From the NCBI RefSeq assembly GCF_013365435.1, contig NZ_CP046577.1, forward strand, positions 1 to 32,000: 32,000 nucleotides of DNA, in the 5' to 3' direction. The notes below the pieces were generated by a model. That model ran no database searches and had not been told where the DNA came from. It was given only the letters and a program-made list of their open reading frames with translations. Origin of the DNA: Wolbachia endosymbiont of Litomosoides sigmodontis. Lineage in GTDB: Bacteria; Pseudomonadota; Alphaproteobacteria; Rickettsiales; Anaplasmataceae. A program made the translations under genes and the position numbers. Numbering within the stretch: position 1 is the stretch's first letter; each line of letters opens with the position of its first letter. Positions 1 to 10,340 of this stretch are shown here, one piece after another.

Positions 1-488
1 CTCTTGAAAAGAAATAGGAAAGCCCTGTATACTACTTTCTCTATCAGAGCTCTTTTTTTACTCAATTTACTTCCTTCGACAGCTAAAACATTCTTGGACA
101 AGATTTATCAAGAAAACTGTTGTTAAATGTTTAATAAGCATGTGAATAATGTCAAACTAATTTGTGAATTACTTGTTGATGCTAGATACTAACAACTGAT
201 TAACAATTTTTTCACCGATATATATACAAATATATAACAGCTTATAATAGGAAGACCTTATTCTCTAGATAAGATTACCAACACTCTAAACATCTCACTT
301 ATACACATAAATTATAGCAGAAAATCAATAGCATATAGAAGTTACTAACATACTTATTCACAAGTTAAATAACAAAAGCTTTAGCTAAATCATAAATTAA
401 CAATAAGTTGTTGATAAAACTACTACTATTATTATATTCTAACATAATAAGTGAAAAAATAAATTAATCAGATTTAAGGAGCGGTAGA
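1..488. promoter_or_regulatory. Non-coding AT-rich region upstream of hemE; candidate oriC (or part of it) with four DnaA-box-like 9-mers
   Basis: No ORF >=60 aa. TGTGAATAA at 141-149 and TGTGAATTA at 163-171 are in reverse orientation. TTATACACA at 299-307 and TTATTCACA at 354-362 are forward. All are 1-2 mismatches from TTATCCACA. Published comparative work places the predicted Wolbachia origin in the intergenic region next to hemE (recalled, not re-checked). AAGGAG at 475-480 is the likely hemE Shine-Dalgarno, 8 nt before the GTG start. Confidence 0.35.
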
Positions 489-1490
489 GTGATAGTATCG
501 GAAACTATAAAAAAGGGAAAATATAATAAAAAAATACCTATCTGGCTGATGCGACAAGCTGGTAGGTCCCTTCCTGAATACCGCGAGGCAGTAAAGGGTA
601 TGAGCAATTTTATGGAAATGTGCTATAATACAGACCTAGTAGTGGAATTAACATTGCAGCCAGTAGCAAGATTCAATATGGATGCAGCAGTAATTTTTTC
701 AGATATTTTGGTAGTAGCTGATATTTTAGGTTGCGATATAGACTTTATACGTGGCATAGGTCCGACAATAAAGCCTATAAAAAATTCCAAAGAATTAAAA
801 AAATCACAGAAAGTTGAAACTAAAATCTTGCCAATTTTAAATGCTATAAAGAGGGTCAGGGATCAATTACCAAAGGAAAAGTCTCTTATAGGATTTGCTG
901 GGGGACCATGGACAGTAGCTTCATACATAATAGAAGGAGGAAGTAGCAAAACCTTTTCTAGAGCGTTAGATCTATATCATTCAAATTTAGAGGAAATAAT
1001 TGAGCAGATAACAGAAGTGACAATTTCTTATCTAATCAAGCAAATAGAGTTTGGAGCGGATGTTATTCAATTATTTGACAGTAACGCCGGTGTACTTTCA
1101 GGAGAACTATTTGAGAAGTGTGTTATTAAGCCAACAAAGAAGATTGTTTCAGCAATAAAAGGCAATTTCCCTAATTTCCCGATAATAGGCTTTCCAAAAT
1201 TTTCTGGAAAACTTTACAAAGATTATTGTGAAAAAACAGATGTGTCTGCGGTGAGCATAGACTATAATATTCCAATAGAATGGGCAAAGAAAAATCTAAA
1301 AATCCCTTTGCAAGGAAATCTTAATCCCAGCCTTTTAGCCTACAATAAAACAAAGGCAATTGAAGAGGCAAGGCGCATAATAGACTGTTTTAAAGATCTT
1401 CCTTTCATATTTAATCTTGGTCATGGAGTGCTGCCTGACACTCCAATTGAAAATATTGCAGCGCTAGTAGACTTAGTGAAGAGTCAGTAA
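489..1490 (+). CDS. hemE: Uroporphyrinogen decarboxylase
   Basis: 333-aa ORF with the N-terminal [10 protein letters not shown] signature typical of HemE/UROD. Full-length, GTG start preceded by AAGGAG. Confidence 0.92.
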   Translation: MIVSETIKKGKYNKKIPIWLMRQAGRSLPEYREAVKGMSNFMEMCYNTDLVVELTLQPVARFNMDAAVIFSDILVVADILGCDIDFIRGIGPTIKPIKNSKELKKSQKVETKILPILNAIKRVRDQLPKEKSLIGFAGGPWTVASYIIEGGSSKTFSRALDLYHSNLEEIIEQITEVTISYLIKQIEFGADVIQLFDSNAGVLSGELFEKCVIKPTKKIVSAIKGNFPNFPIIGFPKFSGKLYKDYCEKTDVSAVSIDYNIPIEWAKKNLKIPLQGNLNPSLLAYNKTKAIEEARRIIDCFKDLPFIFNLGHGVLPDTPIENIAALVDLVKSQ

Positions 1491-1550
1491 TAAAATTCCT
1501 GGCTTTTTTGTTATACGTGGCTTATTATTTGAATTTAGCTTAGTAAAATT

Positions 1551-2744
1551 ATGTCGGACCTTGCAGAAAGAATGCTCTTGATAAGGCCATCACCTACAAT
1601 CGTTGTAAACGATAAGGCAAGTAGGTTAAAAAATGAAGGAAAAAAAATCTGTGTTTTAGCTGCAGGAGAACCAGATTTTGATACTCCAGAGCACATAAAA
1701 AAAGCGGCCATTCAAGCGATAAATAAAGGTAAAACTAAATATACTGCTGTAGATGGAACACGTGAACTTAAAGAGGCAATAATCAATAAATTGAAAAGGG
1801 ATAATAATCTAGAATATGCACTTAATCAAGTTTGTGTTGGTGCTGGTGTTAAACAGGTATTATTTAACTTGTTTATGGCAACAGTTAATCTTGGAGATGA
1901 AGTTATGATTCCTGCTCCTTATTGGGTCTCATATATTGATATGGTAAGTCTTTTTGGTGGCTTACCAGTTGTAATAGAGTGTGGACAAGACTTGAAATTA
2001 ACACCGAAATTGTTGAAGAGCAAAGTAACCAAAAAGACTAAATGGTTAGTTCTTAACTCACCAAATAATCCGGCAGGAATTGTATATACGTACGGCGAGT
2101 TGGAAGGTATAGCGCAAGTATTGCTTGATTATCCACATGTAAATATTGTTACAGATGACATTTATGAACATATAGTATACGATGAAAAGTTCTTTACTAT
2201 AGCTCAGGTTGAACCGAAACTTTACGATAGGATTTTTGTGGTCAATGGAGTGTCAAAAGCTTACGCAATGACAGGCTGGAGAATAGGTTATATTGCAGGT
2301 AGAAGGAATGTAGTGAAAGCTATTTCCACATTGCAGTCTCAGAGCACTTCTAACCCAAATTCAATAGCGCAAGCAGCAGCAGTTGAGGCATTAAGCGGTG
2401 ACCATAGCTTTTTGAAAGAAAGGACGAGAATCTTTAAGAGACGTAGAGATTTTGTAGTAGAAAAACTAAATTCTGCTCCAGGGTTATCAGTGTCCATTCC
2501 GCAAGGCGCATTTTATTTGTTTGTTTCATGTAAAGGTTTATTAGGCAAAAGTACAAAGAGCGGTAAAGTAATAAATAATGATCTTGATTTTACTGAATAC
2601 TTGCTAGAAGATTATCTGGTTGCTGTAATTCCAGGAATTGCGTTTGGTCTGAGAGATTTTATTAGGGTTTCTTATGCTGCCTCTCAGGAACAACTGGAAA
2701 TTGGATGTAATAGCATTATTAATGCATGCAAAATGTTAAGTTAA
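1551..2744 (+). CDS. aatA: Aspartate/aromatic aminotransferase (class I PLP enzyme)
   Basis: 397-aa ORF with LAAGEPDFDTP, NSPNNPAG and the PLP-lysine motif SKAYAMTGWRIGY. Confidence 0.88.
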   Translation: MSDLAERMLLIRPSPTIVVNDKASRLKNEGKKICVLAAGEPDFDTPEHIKKAAIQAINKGKTKYTAVDGTRELKEAIINKLKRDNNLEYALNQVCVGAGVKQVLFNLFMATVNLGDEVMIPAPYWVSYIDMVSLFGGLPVVIECGQDLKLTPKLLKSKVTKKTKWLVLNSPNNPAGIVYTYGELEGIAQVLLDYPHVNIVTDDIYEHIVYDEKFFTIAQVEPKLYDRIFVVNGVSKAYAMTGWRIGYIAGRRNVVKAISTLQSQSTSNPNSIAQAAAVEALSGDHSFLKERTRIFKRRRDFVVEKLNSAPGLSVSIPQGAFYLFVSCKGLLGKSTKSGKVINNDLDFTEYLLEDYLVAVIPGIAFGLRDFIRVSYAASQEQLEIGCNSIINACKMLS

Positions 2745-3137
2745 CTTTTTTACGCTTTTATGTATAATGTACTCATATATCAATAAATAGAGTTAATGCG
2801 CGATTTAGGTATATTTATTGTTAGCTAATCTATTTGAAATAGCATGAATCACAGTACTAAAATACAGCAATGATTTTACTTAATGTTGTACCTGTAATGA
2901 TGATCTTAATTTATGTTCCTGTTAGTCTTTACTGATTATTAGTAGCAATAAAGTCCATTTTTCTTAGCACGTTTTGTGCAGTTTGGATTAGCCATAAATT
3001 CTATAGATGCGGCTATACTTAAAATAGTATTTTAAAATGATTTATTAAATTTTGAGCGTTTATTTTTCATTGTTTTGATGGCACTAAACATTGTAGGCTT
3101 TAAAGGTGTTTACCAAATGAACAATTGGAAATCAGTG

Positions 3138-3400
3138 TAATACCAATTCATAATGTGCAGGAAACTGATAGACAGTAATGGAAAAGAAGACTCACTGAAA
3201 TAAGTAGAATAAAAAAGTTTTAAATGGCGTTAAAATAAGAATTATTGGACGGAAAAGTTATACTAAATCAGCAAGAGAGATGCTAAAGAAAGTGTCAAAT
3301 AATGTATATGTGCAAAAAAACTAAATGTTATAATTGTAGCAAAAAAGTACAGTATAACAGTCTTAGTAAAAATGTGTTGCATTTCAAGAACAACATTGAT
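3138..3400 (+). mobile_element. IS630-family element, 5' fragment (terminal repeat plus HTH-coding region), degenerate
   Basis: Starts TAATACCAATT, like the 5' ends of the other copies. 3240-3400 aligns to the N-terminal coding region of the copy at 15064-15261. Ends abruptly against the 3' terminus of the inverted copy at 3401. Confidence 0.6.
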
Positions 3401-4490
3401 TAACCAATTCTCATTATTAATGGATCAAATTAAGTGACATTGCGGAGTTGCTTAATTGTGAAATAAGAAAGAGAAGTAATAAATCCACACAAAGAGCTCT
3501 CAAGCAAAGCAATTGTATTATTGCCTTTATTACGTAAAATGTTCTGTTTTATATAGAACCAAAGGCCTTAATAAAATTGAGCTCTGGTAAGTATGATGAT
3601 AGGTATATAATCTTGATATTTTTAGATACTTTTAAGTTTTTTGAATTATTCTAACTAGCACAATTTATTATAAAAAAGTCTTATCGTGTTTTTAAATATT
3701 ACGATATCTGTTCAAGAAATATATTTATGCAATCAATATTGATAATTAGGTGCAAATAAGCTAGAGCTCTCTCTATTTCTAGGATTAACTGTATTGTACA
3801 GATAAAAATTTTATCTACCTAATTTTACTTTAACTTGTGTTTTAACAGCCTTTTTAAACTACCTGTGTCTAATTTTTGAATATGTGCTAATTGCGATTTA
3901 TTCAAGATGAATAACTGTTATTTAGGATATTATTAATAGTCTCATTAAGTTTTTAAGACTTTTCTTGTTTACTTTATCTTGTTTGTTATAAATTGGTCTT
4001 GAAGTAGTATACAAAAAATTCATTTTTTGCACATTATGATATACTGTAAATTTGCTAAAATTTAAGCCAAATTTTTCCCGGATTCTTATTTCTCTAATGA
4101 TAAAATATTAGTTTTTTTGTATCCATACTTCAACTTATTCAAATTGACTCTAAATCAATCTAGTTTCTCTACAACGTTAAGAAAGACTAAACAATTTTTT
4201 CTTTTCTTCAAAATTTTAGTGTTTTTCCCATTGGTTAATTCTATTCTTGAAATACAACATATTCTTGCTACAGCCACTATACTGTGTTTTTGGTGCAATT
4301 ACAGTATTTAATTTTTTGCAACATAAGCGTTATTTTGCGTTTTCTTCAGTATTCTTTTTGCTAATTTTACAACTTTTTCCATCCATTAATTTTAATTTTA
4401 ACTTCATTTAAATTTCGCTATTTTACTTACTTTAGTAAGGCCTCTTTCTATTATTATCATCCGTTTGTTATACAGTAAGAATTAGTATTA
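3401..4490 (-). mobile_element. IS630-family element, near full-length (~1.09 kb), transposase destroyed by many stops and frameshifts
   Basis: Aligns end to end with the repeats at 9008-10105, 14998-16036 and 19980-21040. Termini are TAACCAATTCTC (3401) and GAATTAGTATTA (4479-4490). No sense ORF >=60 aa. Confidence 0.75.
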
Positions 4491-4493
4491 GAA

Positions 4494-4932
4494 CACAGGT
4501 TAAAGTAAAATGATGTAGACAAAATTATTATCTATACAGTGCAGTCCATCTTAGAAATGGAGAGAGTTCTAGCTTTATTTCATAAAATGTTGTCAACACT
4601 GATTGTATGAATATATTTCTTGAATAAATGTTGCAATACTTAAGAACATGAGAAACTTTTTTTATCATGAATTATACTATTGGTATAAGTCAAAAAATTT
4701 AAAGGTAACTAAAAATATTGAGATTGTATACCTACCACTATATGCGCTCAAGCTTAATCCTATTGAGAAACTTTGGTTCTATATAAAACAGAACATTTTA
4801 TGTAATAAAGTTTATAATACAATTGCCTTGCTTGGAGCGCTTTGTGCAAATTTATTACCTCTTCTTTCTTACTACACAATTAAACAACTCTGCAATGTCA
4901 CTTATTTAACTTACTAATAATAAAAATTGGTA
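4494..4932 (+). mobile_element. IS630-family element, 3' fragment (~440 bp) with residual transposase C-terminal ORF
   Basis: ORF 4648-4917 encodes ...VYLPLYALKLNPIEKLWFYIKQNIL..., matching the conserved IS630/Tc1-mariner block around the last catalytic acidic residue (LPPYSPxLNPIExxW). Ends with the terminal repeat AAAATTGGTATA at 4921-4932. Confidence 0.8.
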
Positions 4933-5306
4933 TAAGTTGATTTTTTCAAAAATTAGCTTTATAAGCGCTTCTTTGATCAATTTTATAAAAAATTCTTTAT
5001 TTATTTCCTTTTTTGCAAGTCTTAGTAATTAATTGTTGAATCTAAGTCATAAAAATCTATTTTTTTAACTTATTCTAATAGAGCTTCGAACAATTACTTT
5101 TGTCTCCTGTAAGGAGAGTGCAATTACTTTTGTCATATGTTTTGAAGTAATTTCTTCTAGTTTACTCGCTCTAATAAAAGCTCTTCCTCTTCTTCACGAG
5201 TCGTATCGAACTTTATAAATTATCAGTTATGTTTTAATCATCATAAAATGATTAATATAATTACCCCTTTCCAAATATAGAATTTGTATTACAATATCTA
5301 AATTAT

Positions 5307-6020
5307 ATGAAATCAAGGTACTCTATGGGTGAAAGAAAATTAAAAGCTGCTGTGGTTTTATCAGGGTGCGGTCATCTTGATGGTGCAGAAGTGAGAGAAG
5401 CGGTTTTAAGTCTGCTTGTGCTTGACCAGCAAGAAGTAGAGGTCAAATGTTTTGCACCTGATATCAGTATTACACAAGTTATAAATCATAAAACAACAGA
5501 GGCAGTGAAAGAAAAAAGAAATGTACTTGTGGAAGCAGCAAGAATTGCAAGAAGCGAAATATGTGACCTAAAAGAAGCTAAAGCCAAAGATTTTGATATG
5601 TTAGTTGTACCTGGTGGATATGGAGTTGCAAAAAATTTATCTAACTTAGCTGAGGACAAAGAAGTAGTAACAGTAATACCTGAGTTTGAAAGATTAGTTT
5701 TAGAGTTTTTTGCTACAAAAAAAACAATAGGAGCTATATGTATAGCTCCAGCAATAATTGTTTCTATTTTAAGTAATAAAATAGGTAAAGAAGAAAGTAA
5801 GATTAAGGTTACTATAGGAGATAACAGAGAAAAGTTGATAGAAAAGCTAGGTGGTGAGCATATAAAATGTGACACAGAATTATCAATAGAAGATGAAGAA
5901 CATAATATATTTTCCTGTTCTGCTTATATGCGTAGAGACGAAAGTACGTATTCTGTATATCAAGGAATAAAACACATGATTGACAGCATGGTAAAAAAAC
6001 TAACAAAAGGAATTAAGTAG
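5307..6020 (+). CDS. elbB: ElbB-type DJ-1/PfpI-family protein (isoprenoid biosynthesis glyoxalase ElbB)
   Basis: 237-aa ORF. VLSGCGHLDGAEVREAVLSL, VINH...EKRNVLVEAARIARSEI, VVPGGYGVAKNLSN and ICIAPA align along the whole length with E. coli ElbB as recalled. The start may be the internal ATG at 5325. Confidence 0.8.
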   Translation: MKSRYSMGERKLKAAVVLSGCGHLDGAEVREAVLSLLVLDQQEVEVKCFAPDISITQVINHKTTEAVKEKRNVLVEAARIARSEICDLKEAKAKDFDMLVVPGGYGVAKNLSNLAEDKEVVTVIPEFERLVLEFFATKKTIGAICIAPAIIVSILSNKIGKEESKIKVTIGDNREKLIEKLGGEHIKCDTELSIEDEEHNIFSCSAYMRRDESTYSVYQGIKHMIDSMVKKLTKGIK

Positions 6021-6084
6021 CCGTTGATAATTTATATCTCTTACACAATTAACTGTTGAATTTTGTATTTTGAGGTGTACTATG

Positions 6085-6118
6085 ATTATATATACTTAAA
6101 AAGTATATATAATTTTTT
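6085..6118 (+). terminator. Hairpin plus T-run downstream of elbB (possible intrinsic terminator)
   Basis: Perfect 13-bp stem, ATTATATATACTT (6085-6097) with AAGTATATATAAT (6101-6113). The loop is AAA and a T5 run follows at 6114-6118. The stem is A/T only, so thermodynamically weak. Confidence 0.35.
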
Positions 6119-6145
6119 AATTAGTAAATATTAAGGATATTTTAT

Positions 6146-6493
6146 ATGTTAAGTGACTTGTGGGGTTTTTTTTCAGAAATTCCAAGTGAAGGTTATATAG
6201 TTGAGGGTTCGTGTTGCACGGACAGTGGTTGTAGTAGTTATATAGGAAATATTGACCCAAACAATATTCGGGAGTTTGATCTAGTTTCTCTTGATGGAAG
6301 GGTAACAAAGAAATTTAAGACTAATATAATTGATTTTTTTGAACCAAGGGCTCGTTTGAGTATGGATGACAGTGGCAGAAAAATCAATTTAGATATTGCC
6401 CCTGAAAATTGCAGTGCAACAAAAGATGGGTTTCTTTGTATTGATAAAAATGAACAAAATTATAAACTTAAAATTCTAATAAAGAAACCATAA
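6146..6493 (+). CDS. Hypothetical protein (115 aa), orphan
   Basis: ORF only; no motif I recognise. Cys-rich patch GSCCTDSGCSS near the N-terminus. Confidence 0.35.
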   Translation: MLSDLWGFFSEIPSEGYIVEGSCCTDSGCSSYIGNIDPNNIREFDLVSLDGRVTKKFKTNIIDFFEPRARLSMDDSGRKINLDIAPENCSATKDGFLCIDKNEQNYKLKILIKKP

Positions 6494-8006
6494 TTCTTGC
6501 ATCTCATGTGTTACGTTTAGTTAAATGTTATTTTATTTATAATATTCTTAGTTATGGGTGCAGCAATTATTTCTCTAATAAAGAGTAATGCCTTGAGGTT
6601 AATCAATAATAATTAGCACTATATATTTTGGGTCAATTGTAGTTAGCACTCTTAATAAATGGAACTATATTTATATTCTTGTTGTATTTACCGTTTACAA
6701 CTTTTTCTGTGATCAAGTTTTGCCTCTTATTAAATACGCTTTTATGTTTGCTCTTCTGCCTACTCCATCTTGTTAGCTGCGCGTGACAATTTTCTTACTT
6801 CTCTGGAGTTTCTTGCAATAATCTGTTCTCCTATACTTTTTTTATTTAATATCGAAGTTGCATTATGAAACATTACATTGTTGATTAATGTAGCTGCTTA
6901 TCACTAGTTATTGGTTAGATTTCTTCGATATTTCTTTTTTAAAGGAGAAAATAATTTCATATTTTTAAAGTATTTTACTTGCTTCTCAATACCTAACTTG
7001 GCAGCAATTTTGCTGCATCAATGTTGAACGATTTCACAAATATATCTCGCACAGTAATTTTTGAAATTTGAGATTTATGAAAGTCTTGTATTTTATACTT
7101 TCCAGTAAGAATTGACTTTGATAAGTCGTACAAATTACTAGTTTTTACAACATTTGTATCAAACGTTGCAACTACTAAAAAATTTTAGTACTGATCCATC
7201 TCATGCACTCCAAAACTGGTGCGATTAAATTTTTGTACTTCTTTCACTTTATTCTACAGATTGAAATTAAAATCAGTCAAATTGATTATGAAATGATCTT
7301 ACTATTGCTCACATTTAAAATAAGTCCTACTTCACTGAGTGCCTGATATCCATTTACAACTTTGATTAATTCTTTATGTACTACACTTTACACTCATGTA
7401 TCTAAGGATAATTGAACATATTCACCAGGTGTCATTTAAGTAGCGCGGTACTGGAAATCTAGACATACTTAATGTATGCCCTTAACTCTGGGATGTTCTT
7501 ACTATCTATATCAGTGTAGCTAAGCACGTGTGAAAACAAATTGTTATGTAGATATACACGCGTTTTACATTGTTGTAAAATTTTACTCCAGATACACGTC
7601 ATTTTTGACTGCTAGCAACTCTTTTAGGATTAAAAGTCGTCTTATCTAAAAAAACTTCTTTTTTGAAATGAGTATTTTGTGTAAGTTTTTATACTTAAGG
7701 TCATTTGAAACAGAACACAATTGTGCTGCTTATACTCTCCAGATTTTTTCACTCTGGGTGGGTCTATATATAGTGGTATTATGGTGCATTTATTGCTATT
7801 GTCCACTCTATCCATATCTAAATATTTAGGCTGCCTTGTACGCCTTAGTACCCTTTTTAAAATCTTCTACAGTGCTAAATTGATCAAACGTTAAAGAGAA
7901 TATATGAAAAATAATTATTATATAAAATACAAATAGTGATATCATAAAAAACAATGAACGAAGCTTATTTAAAAACAATACTTGCATACTTACTCAATTT
8001 GAAAAA
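6494..8006. other. 1.5-kb stretch without any ORF >=60 aa; probable decayed gene remnant(s) plus the ispH promoter region
   Basis: The six-frame track is empty here apart from the 3' end of ORF 6146-6493, while flanking genes are densely packed. The minus strand has short open stretches (e.g. ~75 codons around 7640-7870) interrupted by stops. Confidence 0.3.
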
Positions 8007-8936
8007 ATGGAAATTATTTTAGCAGAACCTCGTGGTTTTTGTGCGGGAGTTAAAAGAGCTGTAGACATATTATCTATCACTTTAGAAAAATACCGAAACA
8101 AGCGTAAGGTTTATGTGTTGCACGAAATCGTTCACAATAAGTATGTAGTAGAGGTCTTTAAAAAACAAGGTGTGGTTTTTGTGAATAACATCGAGGACAT
8201 TGAGGAAAATGGAGGAATATTGATCTTCAGTGCACATGGAGTGTCAAAAAGTATAGAAGACAAGGCAAAAAGAAAAGGTATTCAAATAATTAATGCAACA
8301 TGCCCTCTAGTTAATAAAGTACATAAAGAAGCAAAAAGGTATGAAGATAATGGTAGAGAATTAATCTTAATTGGGCATAAAAACCACCCAGAAGTTAAAG
8401 GAATTAGAGGAAGAGTGAATAACCGTATAATTTTAGTGCAAACTCTACAAAATGTACATGATTTAAAGGTTAAAAATCCAAATAATTTATCTTATGTTAC
8501 ACAAACTACGTTAAGTGTTGACGACACACGTGAAATTATTACTGCCTTAAAGCTCAAATTTCCAAATATTATAGGTCCAAACTTAAAAAATATATGTTAT
8601 GCAACGCAAAATAGGCAGAATGCTGTCAAAAAATTAGTTGAAATTGTAGATATAGTGCTAATTATAGGGAGTGAAAATAGTTCGAACTCAAATCGCTTAT
8701 TAGATCTGTGTACTGCCAGGGAAAAAAAAGCTTATTTAATTGATAATTACAGCTATATAGACAAAAGTTGGTTACAAGGTGTAGAAAAAATAGGAATCAC
8801 TGCAGGTGCCTCTGCTCCTAACATATTAGTTGACGAATTAATAAATCACTTAAAAATAAACATGAATGCAAAGGTTTCAGTTATGTCAGGTGGAGTCACC
8901 GAAAATGTTCAGTTTAAGATACCGAATTTAGTTTAA
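8007..8936 (+). CDS. ispH: 4-hydroxy-3-methylbut-2-enyl diphosphate reductase
   Basis: 309-aa ORF with [14 protein letters not shown] at the N-terminus, SAHGVS, ATCPLV and TQTT motifs typical of IspH/LytB. Confidence 0.92.
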   Translation: MEIILAEPRGFCAGVKRAVDILSITLEKYRNKRKVYVLHEIVHNKYVVEVFKKQGVVFVNNIEDIEENGGILIFSAHGVSKSIEDKAKRKGIQIINATCPLVNKVHKEAKRYEDNGRELILIGHKNHPEVKGIRGRVNNRIILVQTLQNVHDLKVKNPNNLSYVTQTTLSVDDTREIITALKLKFPNIIGPNLKNICYATQNRQNAVKKLVEIVDIVLIIGSENSSNSNRLLDLCTAREKKAYLIDNYSYIDKSWLQGVEKIGITAGASAPNILVDELINHLKINMNAKVSVMSGGVTENVQFKIPNLV

Positions 8937-9007
8937 AGTATATCTTGTTTGCAAGACTGGTCACGTCTTTTGGAATAGGCTAGCAAAATAGTAATAAGCT
9001 ACACACT

Positions 9008-10105
9008 TATACCAATTCTCATTGTTAGTGAATCAAAAGTAAGTGACATTGCAGAGTTATTTAATTGTGGAGTGAGAAAGAGAGATAATAAATTTGCATA
9101 AAGCACCCTTAAGTAGAACAATTATATTATATGCTTTATTACGTAAAGTATTCTGTTTTATATATAACTAAAGTCTCTCAATAAGATTGAAGCTCAAATG
9201 AGTATAGTGGTTGGTATATAATCTCGATATTTTTAGGTATCTTGAAACTTTTCGACTTACGTCAACTGGTATTATCCATGATAGAAAGGCTTCTCGTATT
9301 CTTAAGTATTGTAACATTTATTTGAGAAATATATTCATATAATCAATGTTGACAAACACTTTGTGCAAATAAGCTAAAACTTTCTTCATTTTTATGATCT
9401 ATTGCATGTAGAGATAAAAGTTTTGTCTACCTAATTTTACTTTAATTATGTTTTAATGCCTTTTTCAAATTACCTATGTCCAACTTTTGAATGTGTGCTA
9501 AATCATGATTTATCAAAGATGAATAACTCTTGTTTATCGTACTTATTCAGTAGTCTCATCAAATTTTTTTAGCTCTTCCTGTCTCCTTTATCTTATTCAT
9601 TGTGAATTGGTCTTGGTGTAATATACGAAAATTTCATTTTTATATTGAGGTGCATTTTAGACTTACTGACATTTAAGCTAAGTTTTATCTAGATTCTTGT
9701 TCTCATTTTTTTAAGGTAATATTAGGATTTCTTATACCCATGCTTCAATTTATTTAAATTGACTCTGATTTAATCTAGTTTTTCTACAATGTTGAGGAAA
9801 GTAAATAATTTTTCTTCTCTTTCAAATTTTAGATGCTTTATCCATGAAGTTAGTGCTGTTCTTGAGATGCAACATATTTTTGCTACGGGCTATTATGTTG
9901 TGCTTTTTTACTACATAGTATTTAGTTTTTTTATGATATATACGTTATTTTGCACTTTCTTCAGCGTTTCTTTTGCTGATGTCATGACTTTTTCATTCAA
10001 CGATTTTGATTTCAATGCCATTTAAATCTTGCTATTTTACTTATTTAGCATAGCTTCTTTAGCATTATTGTTTATCAGTTCCTTGTACAGTGAAAATTGG
10101 TATTA
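9008..10105 (-). mobile_element. IS630-family element, near full-length, degenerate
   Basis: TATACCAATTCTCATTG at 9008 (3' terminus, reverse complement) through CAGTGAAAATTGGTATTA at 10088-10105 (5' terminus). Collinear with the other copies. Only antisense ORFs survive. Confidence 0.75.
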
Positions 10106-10340
10106 ACTATAAAATCTCCTATGAAGAATTCTATCCTATCTATTACAACATTTATCACTTCCCTTATATCACCATCTATGATTAACTCTCTTAATTTCTA
10201 CTTCATAGATACCGCCACAACTCTTTGGTAGTACCTAATTACAGTAATTGAAAAATGTAAGCTTTTATAAAAGATCGATTGAAGTTTTTGAGCTTCAGTT
10301 ATACTATTAAAATATTTAGATAAAAAAAATAAAAGTTATC

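Noticed and set aside
1-126. Open frame running from the window edge to a TAA at 124-126, as a possible C-terminus of an upstream gene
   Set aside because: The 42-codon translation (LLKRNRKALYTTFSIRALFLLNLLPSTAKTFLDKIYQENCC) has no recognisable family features. It cannot be judged without upstream sequence.
120-480. CtrA (TTAA-N7-TTAA) and IHF sites in the hemE upstream region
   Set aside because: Only one-mismatch versions are present (e.g. TTAA-N7-TTCA at 200-214, TAAA-N7-TTAA at 386-400). These are expected by chance in AT-rich sequence, so they are not used as evidence.
5486-6006. Minus-strand ORFs (129 aa and 64 aa) inside elbB
   Set aside because: They are antisense to a gene with full-length ElbB similarity, and their composition is typical of shadow ORFs.
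7431-7443. Exact 13-mer GTCATTTAAGTAG shared with 14677-14689, with loosely similar flanks
   Set aside because: In 32 kb of ~2/3 A+T DNA, many 13-mer coincidences are expected by chance (rough estimate: tens). The flanks do not align convincingly.
7756-7776. Minus-strand peptide PLYIDPP as a DNA methyltransferase (D/N)PPY motif
   Set aside because: It is a single 4-residue partial match (IDPPR, not DPPY) in a broken frame, with no accompanying SAM-binding FxGxG motif found nearby.
9789-10025. Recurring small ORFs encoding ...ILEMQHIFAT...-like peptides (also at 4117-4311, 14991-15269, 15940-16134, 16086-16274)
   Set aside because: All lie antisense to the HTH-coding 5' part of the IS630 copies. 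The apparent peptide conservation is just nucleotide similarity of the repeats, and the lengths and ends differ between copies.
10106-10262. Possible very degraded + oriented IS 3' fragment after the copy at 9008-10105
   Set aside because: Only scattered similarity (CACAACTCT..., ...AATTGAAAAATG) that needs several large gaps. It is too weak to call by eye.
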